Origin: Octopus bimaculoides
Lineage: Eukaryota
DNA length: 45,707 nucleotides
NCBI RefSeq assembly: GCF_001194135.2
Contig: NC_068987.1
Location: forward strand, 6,753,952-6,799,658
Direction of reading: 5' to 3'
Part shown: positions 12,741 to 25,503 of the stretch, piece by piece
How positions within the stretch are numbered: the stretch's first letter is position 1
How the letters are laid out: every line of letters begins with the position of its first letter
Notes under the pieces: generated by a model
Told to the model about the DNA's origin: nothing
Database searches by the model: none
The model's input: the letters and a program-made list of their open reading frames with translations, nothing else
Position numbers and translations under genes: made by a program

Positions 12741-13155
12741 TGGTCGTGTGTGTATATGCGTACGCATGAATGTGCGCACGACGTCTCTGTTTACGTTTCG
12801 GCAATGTGAACTAATCTTTGTTTATGTGTCCCCTCTATATCCTGTGGCATAGTGGTTTGATAAAATTTAATCAATATGACAGACCAAAGTTCTTGGCAGC
12901 AGCACTCCCGCGTTGCCACAACAGTGCTATGTATATGTATGTATGCGTGCATGAATGTATGTGTGCATGTAATGTACGTCAGTTTTTATTTGTGGGAAAA
13001 TATCTTTTTTATACCATAGTGAAATATATTCTTATGAATATACATGCACTTTTCAGACTATCAGATATTTCCGAATATGTTTTACTTTTTATTATAGATT
13101 TATAGACACTGTAGCTGTACACTGTTGCAGATATAATTCAATATATACACTTTAC

Positions 13156-13249
13156 TACTTGAGATATTTCATTATCCAGTCTTTCATCGATGCATTCATC
13201 ATCTTCATATCAATTTGTTGAAAACCATTTCCAACACACAAAAGCAAAC
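13156..13249 (-). pseudogene. Exon-like unit (putative exon 2 of a decayed secreted/receptor gene)
   Basis: Acceptor tttatttgacag|G and donor |gtaaag. Phase-1 reading (G)LLLCVGNGFQQID; after a frameshift YEDDECIDERLDNEISQV. Confidence 0.35.
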
Positions 13250-13676
13250 CTGTCAAATAAATTGACGCTTGCAGTATAAGATCTAGATCCTATTTCACCG
13301 AAGTAGGTGATATATAATGATGTGAATGAAAATGATTCTATTCATTCGTTTTATTTTCCAGAATTTTATCAGAGTAGAATTTATCACAAATTTTTGTCAC
13401 GAATCTTAGATTTCAGTGAAATTACTCAATCTTTTGAATTTTGTTTTATTTGAATCTCATTTATTTGGTTATAAGATTTTATTTAATGTGCAAATGAGTG
13501 GATCCGGAGTATTGTATGAGCTGGATAAATCCATTGAAAAATAAATTCAGGGGTCAAATTGACTACTGACTAACAATTTAAAGTTCGTGAAATGCTACCA
13601 ACTCACTGGATGTAAAATTATTATATGCATGGAAATTTTTCTCGAAACTATATCCACTGTTTAGCTAAAGCCTCAC

Positions 13677-13710
13677 CAAATTAGAAATAGGCCCCACCGG
13701 CGAACCACAT
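13677..13710 (-). pseudogene. Putative signal-peptide exon with internal stop
   Basis: ATG at 13710 gives MWFAGGAYF*F then G|gtgagg (phase 1); splicing to 13249 yields MWFAGGAYF*FGLLLCVGNG, a signal-peptide-like hydrophobic stretch. Confidence 0.35.
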
Positions 13711-14125
13711 CACTCCTTTGTTGCAGAATTGTTTTTAACATCCCAAAATATTCATATGCAGAGACACACCTATATACACAAATTAATATATTGCTTAGAA
13801 TAGCATCAAGTGAGCTGTATTTTAGAATTACGAACGACAAATAATTAGTAAATATTTTACTTCTACATGCTTTCTTGTTTGAAAACAAAACTACGAAATT
13901 ATCTCCAAAAGGAAGAATTCTTACGACTACATAACATATGAAAACCTTCCGAATATGTTCAGTATATATGTATATATTTATGCTTTACAAAATATGCAAA
14001 CGAGTATAGCACTCACTAATTGTTTGTGTTTGGGTCGGAGAGTCCAGTCTGTTTTGAGTCCAGTAAAGCTGTTTGATAATAAGCATAGACCACTTGTTAG
14101 CCTTTGACCCTATAAAACATCAATG

Positions 14126-14339
14126 GTGTGTGTGTGTGCGCGTGTGTGTGTGTGCGTGTGTGTGTGTGCGTGTGTGTATGTGTGTGTGTGTGTGTGTGTT
14201 AGAGAGAGAGAGAGAGAGAGAGAGCTACTTGATACTGGGTCGGTACTTATTTTCAGCTGAGTGGGCTGAAACAACTTGAAATAAAGAATTTCATCAAGGA
14301 TACAACAATCCCAGAATCCAAAGCAGTAGTCCATTCACC

Positions 14340-14405
<66 letters not shown>

Positions 14406-15163
14406 ATTCAAATTACATCAAACAGAAAATTACAAAATGTAATGTATAGTTTATAGATCCACATGTATGATGTTATACACACACGCACATACACAGAATC
14501 TGCACACACAAACACAAACGGAAATACATGCACATCTGTACAGGTTTTCTGTTTATGTGTTGAGTATGACATAAGTTTCACGTAACAGGAAACACGATTA
14601 CATGTACGAACCGATATTTAATAAAATCCACATTTTGTTCAACTATACAAACGACTGGTGAGTACAGATTATAAAAGAGCTGATTGTACACCTAAATAAA
14701 CAGCTAATTACAGAGGTTTAAATACTAGATTCAACTCTAAACAATAATCTCCACATTCCCCAAACAAAAAGGAACGCGGAGGTTGGTGTCAAAATAAAAT
14801 CAACAATTAAACCTTGTGATATATCTACTGACCACCTAACATTCTCACTTATCTACATTCTTTTGCGCACACCTAAAAGCAACTGCAAGACTGAAGCTGA
14901 CACACCTAAATAGACTCACCTGATTACAAAGTTTTACATACGTCACTAAATTCTGAACACTAAAATCAATTCTAAATTTATTCAATAAGTAGCTTCCATC
15001 ACGACCTACGCTATTACCTAATTCTCCCCACTGTGTATATGTATATATATTAATAGTAATGGTAAGACAACAAAAGAATGAATGAGACCTCGATATTATG
15101 TAAATAGAGGAATTTATCTGTAATATTATATGACAACCGAATAATTGTCACATATTACATTAC

Positions 15164-15207
<44 letters not shown>

Positions 15208-15291
15208 GCACACATATTTATGCACATATATGCATATATACACGCATGCTTTCATATGTGTGTTGAGTGTGTGTGTCTCTGTCTCTCTCTT

Positions 15292-15370
<79 letters not shown>

Positions 15371-15863
15371 CATTAGTTTATTTTAAGTTTCAACCAGAGG
15401 CTGTGGCAATGCTGGGGGCATCACCATAAACGCTAATGCTTGCTTATGTTAGACTTACTTCCCGACCTTATCTCCGGAATCGGTCCTGGCGAAGTTGTAA
15501 GTTGGACAGAACTGGCTTTCTTTGCGAGTCTTGCCGTGCTATGGCTTAAGTTGGCATATCAGAAAAAGAATTGTAGAATATATATATATAACTTCTTCAC
15601 TTGTTTCATTCACTGAAACTGCTGTTACAGTTCTGGCCTCAAATTTTGCTGCACATGAAGTTACAGTGACGTAAACAAACCAATACAAATTGTCAAGCGC
15701 TCAGCGATAAATACCAACCATACATACACACACACATACATACATACATGCATACCTGCATATATACACACATACATAGTATGTATGTATGTATGTATGT
15801 ATGTATGTATGTATGTCTCTCTCTCTCTCTCCCTCTCTCCCTCTCTCTCTCTCTTTCTCCCCC

Positions 15864-15898
<35 letters not shown>
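14126..15898. repeat. Cluster of microsatellites: (GT)n(GA)n, (CA)n 14342-14403, (TA)n, (CT)n(TA)n, (TATG)n(CT)n(TA)n
   Basis: Direct reading. Confidence 0.95.
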
Positions 15899-17279
15899 CG
15901 CCGAGCTTACGGGGAGGTTTCTATTAACCAAATTCATTCAGAAAGTATTTGTCAACGTGGGTCTATAGTACAAGACAATTGAAAGAGCCATACACTGGCG
16001 CTGAATACGAAATCATGTGGCCGCTAGGTGAACTTCTTAAATTAACTGCCATGCTCATACCTTTGTGTTATATATATACAAGGATAATAAAATGATAAAT
16101 GGCGCTTATAGAAAATTGTATTCCTCGTACACCGCATGTGATGACAGCGGCTACGGTTTAGAATTCTTTTTTGTGAACTAATCTGCTAGAATATGATATT
16201 TGGCACGTAGAGAACAGATGTTGATTTTGAATTATAACTATTGTTCTGAGAATTCTATATTGTGTTAAATATAACTCCGTAATAGGTATTTTATTGTATT
16301 GCTTAGTTCCAAATACATCGCGCGAATGCTATTATGATATCCCATGGTTCCATTAGTAAGTGTAAGCTTCCAGAAGTTCATGCTAGATGGAAGATGAAAG
16401 GAAGTTAACCTCTTATTTTAAAAGGGACGGATTCTTTGGAATATTCGTGATGTGATAAAACAACTAGAAATGTCCTCACAATAAAGTTACGTTGCGCTAA
16501 ACTATTCATGCGTTCAAACACGCGCACAGAAACACTTTAGACACCGCTGCCTATAGAATACATTGTTGTTTCTTTATTTTTACATAAGTTACAAATCTGG
16601 GCAACTCTATATGCTGCTACATGTGTGAATCATTTTTATCTGATATACACTGAAAAGTTCATGTGTACATACTCTCACACAAGCGCACAGACACGCACAA
16701 ATACGCACACGTATATATAACATGCAGTTTGTTTGCAGAAGGTACAAGTTTGGGCAATTCTGTATGCTGCTAAATATTGAATGACTCACTTTTATCCGAC
16801 ATTTCAATAAAATAATCTTCCTCTCTATGTGCCGTTTTAGTAGATTTATAGATATTTCAAGAATCTGAACTTTAGCACATTGATGTCAACGTCAGTTCCA
16901 AATGAAAATACATACGTGTTTTACAAGACTTTTTATTCACTTTGAATGAATTCTATAGGAATGTGAAGGAATATATCAGTTGGTAATGCACTCGATTGAT
17001 TTATTCCAATGAATAAAAAAAGATATTAGACAGTGAATATTCGATTTCGTGTGCACGTATATACAATTCTTTCATTTGACAAACCTAATTGATGAAATAA
17101 ATAAAACTCTATTTCTAAATCTGTATTATCACTCAGTGTCCATCGTAGCTAGAAATAAGTGTCAAAATTGTATAATAAGATGAGAAAGGTCGAATGAATT
17201 GTTTTGAACTCTGCGTCAACTATTCTCTGGTTACGGGATGAATATCTTTAATAACAGATCAACCCGAAATTTGACGAAC

Positions 17280-17448
17280 TGCAGTTGCACATTTTTCTTC
17301 TCTCCATTAACTAACCCAAGTATATATTTTCCTACATTGATTAAACACTATTACTTTCTCCATAATTTCCCGCCCCAAACATCATCCACATTTCAGACCT
17401 TTATTGTTTTCACGAACAAAGACCTTAGACATTACTTGTTCACGTCTT
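17280..17448 (-). pseudogene. Decayed laminin-type EGF-like exon (MEGF10/SCARF-like repeat)
   Basis: After acceptor atgtcag| one frame reads ...GLKCG*CLGREIMEKVIVFNQCRKIYTWVS*WREEKCATA, compared with the molluscan repeat CGxCLxxExC...C..GWxGEKC; two stops and lost cysteines. Confidence 0.35.
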
Positions 17449-18458
17449 CTGACATAAAACTCTATTTTAAAGCTAAAGTTAGTTTTTTTGAATGTATAAA
17501 AATTATAATTCGTAGATATTCCGGGATGTAGTACAGTAGCTCATTTAAGTTTGTCTTCTATATGTTCTGAATTAAAATTTACGGAAAATGCTTTTTTTTT
17601 AAATATATCGTTTCAATCTCAATAATATTTCAATATCGGTAATGCATTGCATGATATCAGTTGACTCATTATCCAGCGCGACTAGTTTTGTGTTTAGTTA
17701 ATTATATCAGTATAATTGCCGAATCACATCTTGTTGAATTTCTTCGAAATGAACAGATATACCTTCAAATGTTTGTAACAGACGAAAAAAAACCCTGAAA
17801 ACTATCGACAAGGTTAAAAACTCCTCAAACAAACATAAATTCAACTTACTCTACGCTTTATTACTCAGTATATTGACTCTGTTGTTAATTGCTAAGTAGA
17901 TATCTATTTCGATAAATTAAAGCAGAAAAATGGTTTAATAGACGTGATAATAGTATCAGTTTTCTGCTGCTTAGTGCACGAAATTTGGTAAATTTATGGT
18001 TAGGGTGGTTCGAAAACAAACAGCTATAAAAATGTAAAAGTAAGTAGTTGAGAATTTTGCAGAATATGGGTTAAGAATATGGCGAGAAAATAAAGAGGTA
18101 GATTCGTGGATTGGTATGTTAAACTTTCGTTGATAAATGGTGGAAGAAAAAGATCTCTATCAAATAGGAAGGCTACGTTGCTACGTAGTTAAGTTTTCGT
18201 TACACAATTGGACAGATAGTTATAAATTAAATAAATAGATGTACGCGTGAATTAGACGGTTTCTTGGCTGCTTCATTGGTAAAAAGGAACCGAATATGCT
18301 GACGTGAAGATAAGAAATGTTTAGGTATGAAAGATAAATGTTTGAAGTAGTATTGTCTGACCTTCACTTTTAATAACTAGGTAAGGTTTTCCTCTCTTCA
18401 TTAAAACTGTATTTGCTATATAAAGATATATTATTTGCAAATTGAAATTTCTAGATGC

Positions 18459-18559
<101 letters not shown>

Positions 18560-18809
18560 ATATGCATATAGGAAAAGTATCTTTACTCTTAGCTATGTAC
18601 TGGTTACACAATCATTTTCTAGTTCTGCCTTTTTTTATGAAGGCATTTTTATATTACCGTATGGATTTTTTGTAGGTAGCTTAGGCCAGTAAAATCCCCA
18701 ATTCTATCGTTTCTCGTCTTCAGAATGTTGTGATGGTGGTATGTGTTGCTGTCTTTTAATCTTAGGCAGGATTGTATGATTGGTATAAACATGGAATTTT
18801 TGGCGATTA

Positions 18810-19150
18810 TATTTAATGCAATCCCCGCTAGAAATATTACGAGAACATATCCAAAATGGGATAATTCGAGAACGGAGCGGAATGAACGATACGATCGCAG
18901 AGTACCGGAAGTACAAGATGCCCGGGGTCAGACATACTGCAAGGTTCACAAACAGGAGGGCCCGCGCAGTTACCGAGTGGCATCCAAGATATCGGAAAAG
19001 GCCACTTGGAAGAACTCCATGACCATAGGAAGACGATTTAGTTAAGCAATTTAGTTCACGATGGAAAAGGATGGCGCAATCAAGACAGAATTGGAAGCAC
19101 ATTGTGACCAGCGATGTATAATAGCATCTAATGAGCCGGCTGATGACATA
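18810..19150 (+). mobile_element. RTE-clade LINE, 3' end fragment (C-terminus of ORF2)
   Basis: Frame 18816-19022 LREHIQNGIIRERSGMNDTIAEYRKYKMPGVRHTARFTNRRARAVTEWHPRYRKRPLGRTP, continuing after a stop as *EDDLVKQFSSRWKRMAQSRQNWKHIV. Matches the RTE C-terminal pattern IRNExIR...WAGHxAR...EWxPR..KRxxGRPxxRWxDD. Confidence 0.85.
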
Positions 19151-19803
19151 ATACTGTAATTTAATAAGAAAAGGATAAATGACGTTGATAAGAAGAAAAG
19201 ATATGATATAATTGAATGGGACTTCCTTATCCTCTCGTGAAAATTTCGGATTCTGGCATAAAGAAGAAACTTTCATTGGTGATTCAACGTCCAATGAATT
19301 CCTAATTCTTATTTTTCTTTATGTCTAATGTGGAACGGAAATTTGTCTTTAATAATGATTGTTATATCAGTAAAATTAATGTACACAGTTACATTCTTTA
19401 TGGACTGAAATCACAGTTTAGTCCTGATTTATGATGAAAGGTAATTCTTCGAAGAACGATTCTCCACAACGTTGAATTTTATGTCTGAGTGAGAATTGAT
19501 TAATTTAGTAAACCGTAAATACTGAAATATTAGAAATGAGCATCTGGAAACCTAAGTCCATTATTTACTTTTACACACACACAGTTTCGATGAAATATGT
19601 ATCAAAATGTTTAAAGACAAACAATTAACCGTAATTTAGAAACTGAATATGAAAGCTATGTTAATCATGAAAAACATTGTTACTTACTAGTTTCCCAGTT
19701 CATACCGCGAAACATCCATAAAGTAATATATAATATTTAAAAGGATTTATTTAGTTAAGCATTCTACACATATTAAAACATGTGTACAAGAGTTATCCTT
19801 TAA

Positions 19804-19908
<105 letters not shown>

Positions 19909-21249
19909 TCGATATATTTTATCGTTCCGATATATACAGTCATATTTCATAAATTGATAAAATTAATGGTGGAAAGCGCAAGATAAAACATCCTGAAGAT
20001 TTATTAAGTTGATGGTTATATTCATTGTGTTATTTAAAGTGAGGTATACTCTGAAGTATCCGATATTCAGATATAATTCAATTTGTCTTCGTTATGGAAT
20101 TTTGTATATGCTATAACCACTTTAATTTGGCAAAGTTACTTTCGATCACCATGATACAGAAGTATGATGTCGACAGACAACAAAAGATCGATGGGTTATA
20201 ATTATAGGATAACAAATACATTAGTCGCATGGCCATTTTTACTTTTCTGAAAAAAATTTCAAGAATACTAATTAAATCATTACTAAAGTTATTATTAGAA
20301 TTAAAACCATAATCAGGCTTATTAAGGAAAAAAAAAACGAACTATAATTGTTATATTACACTCTGTTAGTGTTGGTGAAACTTCATTTACAAAATAGCTT
20401 CACAATTCCATTAGAAAATCAAATATAATAACGTAGTTTCTTTTTCTGTTTGTCATACAATCGCATTACTGACCTACATCGCATTGAAAAGCACTTAGAA
20501 TCTAAGAATGGAGGAAACATAAGCTGAAAAATAATATTGTCCACAGAAAAAAAAAAGAAATGACGGAAAGAAGGTAAACAAAAGAACAGAAGAGCAGGAC
20601 AGGAGAGACTAAATGGATGAAAAACAACAGGGAAAGAGAAAAAAATATAAAGTTAGAAAAATAGAAGAGAGAGATGAAAATTGAATGGTGAAATAGGAAC
20701 AGATGGAAACGATCGAGAATAGGAAGAAAGTTGGAGACTAGTAGATGGTAGTCATACGGCCCATAGATGTATGAAAATCAGTCTAATCATAACCATCGCG
20801 TCTTTGTTTTTACAGGAATTGATGTCAACGTATTCCTTTATCCATTGTCTCATATTTTAAAACTGTAGGGTGTGATATGAAGGAGATTTGGCTGCTATTT
20901 TTAGCAAGTTATTTGACCAGCAGGTCAACCCAATGAAGAATATCTACATGGTCGATCGAAATGGTAGAATTATTAACCAAATCACTTTTAAATCAAGAAT
21001 TATCGTCTTCAAAAAGGCAACATTGGATAAGATAATACTAAGATAAAAAAATAAATAAGTATCGGAGTAACAAGTCGGACGTTAAATGCCAGAGACACAA
21101 TATATATATTCGTTCCGTAAAGCACATTTAAAAGGAACGATATGAATTGAAGAATTATAGATATTATTAAACTTTACATAACTGATTTCGCGAAATGGAC
21201 TGTGAGTACTGCAGAAAAATGAAACATAATTATTGGATAAAAAAAAGAA

Positions 21250-21450
21250 AGAATTTATAGACACCAGGAAAACCTAGAAATGCACGTAATGCTGAACTTA
21301 ACGGCGCAACAATTTAGATTGAAAAAGGAAAACAAAGTGATCAACGAATTAATCAATAGAAAATAATAACAATTTAGCGATATGGTATACAATGAACTCG
21401 AGAGATAAAAACTCAGCACCAAGCAAGGCTCAGTCAATGCAGATATTTAC
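21250..21450 (-). pseudogene. Possible decayed EGF-like exon
   Basis: After aattcag|: NICI then frameshift TEPCL..., later CCAVKFSITCIS then frameshift GFPGVY; resembles NECxSEPC...SFxCxCxxGFxG only after two frameshifts. Confidence 0.15.
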
Positions 21451-21550
21451 TGAATTACAACTTAGATGTATGGGACATAATAATGAAACAAACCAGTGAA
21501 GAGAAGCAAAGAAACCTTGATGAAGCAGCCAAAGCAACATCACGTCAGCT

Positions 21551-22349
21551 TTAGAGAAAAGCGATAGCCATGCACAGAAGAACGATCCCGCTTGTATATA
21601 AAACGAGGTTAATAAAATAACACGGGGGAAAGTTCGCAGTGCAATGCTCGAGGCAGAAGAAAATTAATTCAATTTTGATTATAAACTATAAATAATGTTT
21701 TGAATCTCTTCCCCTTTCGTTTACAAACAGTAATAAGTTTATATATATATATAAATATATAGTTTTAGGGAAAATAACCAATTTTCAAGAACTCATCGAT
21801 GAAATCCACTATCACATATAGAAAAATTAATAATTAAAAGCACAATAAAAGAGTATAATATAAAGTAAAGTAAATATCATAAGATAAATATAATAAAAAG
21901 ATTACACGTGTTTCATAACCAATTTTCAAATAGAAAAGAAATTTAAATCGATTAAAATCAATTGAAATTATCGAAAATAAATTCTATTCAAAAATATAGC
22001 TACTCGTCAGATCGCAAGTAGAACAATAATTAGATATATATCTCAACCAACAATAAGTACCAAATTAATTAGTATGAAATACTTATTATATAAAGATAGA
22101 NNNNNNNNNNNNNNNNNNNNNNNNNNNNNNNNNNNNNNNNNNNNNNNNTTAGAGAAAAGCGATAGCCATGCACAGAAGAACGATCCCGCTTGTATATAAA
22201 ACGAGGTTAATAAAATAACACGGGGGAAAGTTCGCAGTGCAATGCTCGAGGCAGAAGAAAATTAATTCAATTTTGATTATAAACTATAAATAATGTTTTG
22301 AATCTCTTCCCCTTTCGTTTACAAACAGTAATAAGTTTATATATATATA
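21551..22349. repeat. 201-bp exact direct duplication flanking an N gap
   Basis: 21551-21751 is identical to 22149-22349 (offset 598); the second copy starts immediately after the gap 22101-22148. Confidence 0.95.
22101..22148. other. Assembly gap (48 N)
   Basis: Run of n. Confidence 1.
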
Positions 22350-22513
22350 CAAAGTTTTGATTTAAAAAAAAACTTTAACGATAAAGATTAAAAATTAATC
22401 AAATATTATTAATCAAAAATAATCGAAAATATATCAACACTATTCAAATCGAAGTTCTAATATTATGTTTAAATGAAACTATAACTTCTAAATAATTTAG
22501 TGTTAAATAAGTT

Positions 22514-22744
22514 ATCTATTAAAAATAATCTATAAAGAACCAAATGAATAGTATAAAAACAAGAATACATATTATTTTCAAATAGTAGAAAATCTTTAGC
22601 AAAGTTAAAACATTACTTGAATTACGGAAAAATTTGGATAAGTAATGTTTTCACTTTGCTAAAGATTTTCTACTATTTGAAAATAATATGTATTCTTGTT
22701 TTTATACTATTCATTTGGTTCTTTATAGATTATTTTTAATAGAT
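22514..22744. repeat. Long inverted repeat: 105-bp arms, 1 mismatch, 21-nt spacer
   Basis: 22514-22618 is the reverse complement of 22640-22744 except for ttaac/ttcac; spacer gaattacggaaaaatttggat. Confidence 0.95.
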
Positions 22745-25091
22745 TATTTTTAATATTCCAGGGAATGACTAGTTCAGTGATGCCATGTCCGACAACTATG
22801 CATTTACTGTTACTGACATACAAATTCGATACTGTTATACAAATTATTTTATGACACATAGACACTCATACATAGATACTACTATAATCAGAAAACAAAA
22901 TATCTTGATTACAGCGTTTATTTTGCCGTAGCCATAATATCGTTAGCAGTGACGTTGGGTACGAAAAGAAAAAATTGCACCAAGCAGATTTAAAGATTGG
23001 TTGTAATGGGGTGAGTTTAACTTCTAAAATTAATTTAGACTTAAGCAGTGTACCATCTTTGTCTAACTAAGCGTACTACTAAAAACTTCTGAAAATGAAG
23101 AAGCACAAAATATCTGTTAAGAAATTTTATACACTTAATGTTACAACTAATTCCGAATGAAATGGAATTTGTTCAAAGAATAAATTGCTTTTATTAATTG
23201 CTGATTTGCTTGTGATCATCAGATATCTAATCTACTTAATAGAAACATTTGAAGTATTCATATGATACCAATTCCACAGTTCTTAAATGGTTTTTAGCTT
23301 CCACAAAAAGTCTTTTTGAGATAATAAATATAATACTGTGAACTCAATTAAATCTTAAAATACCGTAATTTAATTTTCTCTTAATAAAACATATTGTAAT
23401 AATTGAAAGATTCTGTTAAAATATTAAGAATCTTTTGTTTCCAGATTTCTAATTCTAGTCACGATAATTATAGACACACACACACGTGTACACGCTTGTG
23501 AGTATACATGGATAGGCTTAGGAACGAAAACATAGCACTCAGTTGATTCTGTGATGGTTAAGTACTTGTATTAATCGTTTGCGACTTATATCTGTATTAG
23601 TTGTAGTTTTTACATAGGAAAAATGTTTTATTTTCGAAAGTGATGGTGGTAAGTGACGAAAAGGCAGGTATAAAACAAGGCTGCTTGTCATTAGATGATG
23701 TTGCAACAAGCATTCCTATTGATCATTCCGCGTCACCTGATTGAACCAGGAATCCTAGCGAAATTCAATTATCCGAAGACTGTCAACTTTTTAGGCGTTA
23801 AATTATACCTCAAAGCAAGCAAGCATAACAGGCATTTTGTTTACATCATAAGAATTTAGAAACTAATAACTCGATTTCAACTGCAGAGCTCGAAGTAGAT
23901 AAGGCCATAGATAATATTATGTAAATATTGGGATAAAATTCTTCAAGTCATCCTGTCCGAGAAGATAGCTTTCCTGGACTTCTTATTTGAATCCTTTGAC
24001 ATTTTTCATTGATGAAACATTGTCACGAAGTTGACAGGTATCAACATTCAGTCTTATTCGTTTTACACATTGTTTGATTAACTTTTAGATTAAGATATTC
24101 ATGTATTTTACAGGATTTTGTGAAGTTTACTAACGTGTTAGGTTTATTCGATTTCGTAGTTGGCCTACTCCGTACTAGTTAACTATTCACATCGGACTTG
24201 AAATAGCTCAATATCTCATTTAAAAACTTGTCCACTCAATCAGAATTGTTTGCAAATCAACTCAGCTGACCTGTGTGTTAATTGAATAACACGCAGGTCA
24301 AATTTTTAAACTCCACATATCATCAGCATTATCATTACAAATTATCAGTTTATTATTGTGAAATAATTCCATCCTAATCAGTGGTCGTAGTCTTCAGAAT
24401 CGTAACGGTGGTTGTCATCATCGTTCTTCTTCTTCACTTTCAACTTTTTGTCATCATTATCATAGAAACCAAAAAAAAAAAAAAGCAAAACAAAACAAAA
24501 ACTATAATACTATCAATCACAATGCTTTTAGTGCTGACAATAAGAACCACCATGACAGCACCAAACAATGTAAAAATTAATTCAAGTAGAATCATTTCTT
24601 CATTATCAGCATCACCAAAATACATCAAGTACTGAATCATAATCTGCATTGTTTGTAACCATAGAACGTGTAAATTCCTATTGTAGGAGTTGAAATTATC
24701 GGAATCGACCAAAATAACATTCTTTTTCTGTATCAGGAATTTCAATCGGACGATTTTTGAAAGATTCAAGTTATCCTAATGGGGTTAAGTGATTCCTTTC
24801 TTCTTCTTCAGAAGCCGCTTTTAGAAAGTTCCACTTCGACACGCTACTCTGCTATCTCACATATACAGTTGAATTCTGAGAGCGCTTATTTAATTCTATC
24901 GACGTGAAATGCTCTCATATCTATAGAAAAATGCCTGCATTATTGGTGCAACCTTCTTTAAACATAATATTTTCATGGTTCGTTTTGATTTCTAATAAAC
25001 GGATTAAAGATTTATATGTATTTACTATTACTTATGCAATACTGATATAACAGACTTTTGCCGGATTGAAGTTTTGAATACTATTTTTTAC

Positions 25092-25133
25092 CTGGTAAAT
25101 TATTAGCAAATCTTTGTTTCTCCTTAGTGATAG
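25092..25133 (-). pseudogene. 42-nt symmetric phase-1 micro-exon candidate
   Basis: ttgtctgtttag|CT ATC ACT AAG GAG AAA CAA AGA TTT GCT AAT AAT TTA CCA G|gtaaaa; open frame (A)ITKEKQRFANNLP(G). Confidence 0.3.
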
Positions 25134-25295
25134 CTAAACAGACAAATTGAGGGGGAAAAAGCAGTCAAACATTGCAAAGATTACATCACAAAATCTCGTC
25201 TGGCATCTCGGTACTAGAAAAAACACTTCAACTCCTAAACAATTTCTAATTCTATGCAGTTTTGAACTGAGAGCCACAATGGAATATTTACTCAC

Positions 25296-25503
25296 GCCTG
25301 AGATGGTGATCCTATATTAGACGCACAGAGATCCAGTGCCACGTTTTCACAAAGGCCGATTGAAATGTATAATTATATTCGAAAACCCATTCTCATTACG
25401 CACTGTCTTTGCTGTTTCTCTCACTACAGTTGTGATATCTGTTTCTCAAAGGTTTCGGAGAGCTTGCGATGGCCTAAATCAGTGATCCTTTCACTTGTTC
25501 AAA
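25296..25503 (-). pseudogene. Decayed exon, possibly fibronectin type III-like
   Basis: Acceptor tttttttttttctaag| and donor |gtgagt. Reads TSERITDLGHRKLSETF, then after a frameshift ETDITTVVRETAKTVRNENGFSNIIIHFNRPL*KRGTGSLCV*YRITISG. FN3 resemblance is by eye. Confidence 0.3.

Noticed and set aside
18704-19294. 196-aa minus-strand ORF
   Set aside because: It is largely antisense to the RTE LINE fragment and has no recognisable motif.
20500-20750. Purine-rich stretch suggestive of an E/K/R-rich exon
   Set aside because: Low-complexity A/G tract without a sustained open frame or splice boundaries.
21750-22620. AT-rich patches as a mitochondrial insertion (numt)
   Set aside because: Translations with the invertebrate mitochondrial code gave only generic F/I/L/Y-rich strings with stops and no recognisable mitochondrial protein or rRNA motif; left as an open check in the findings.
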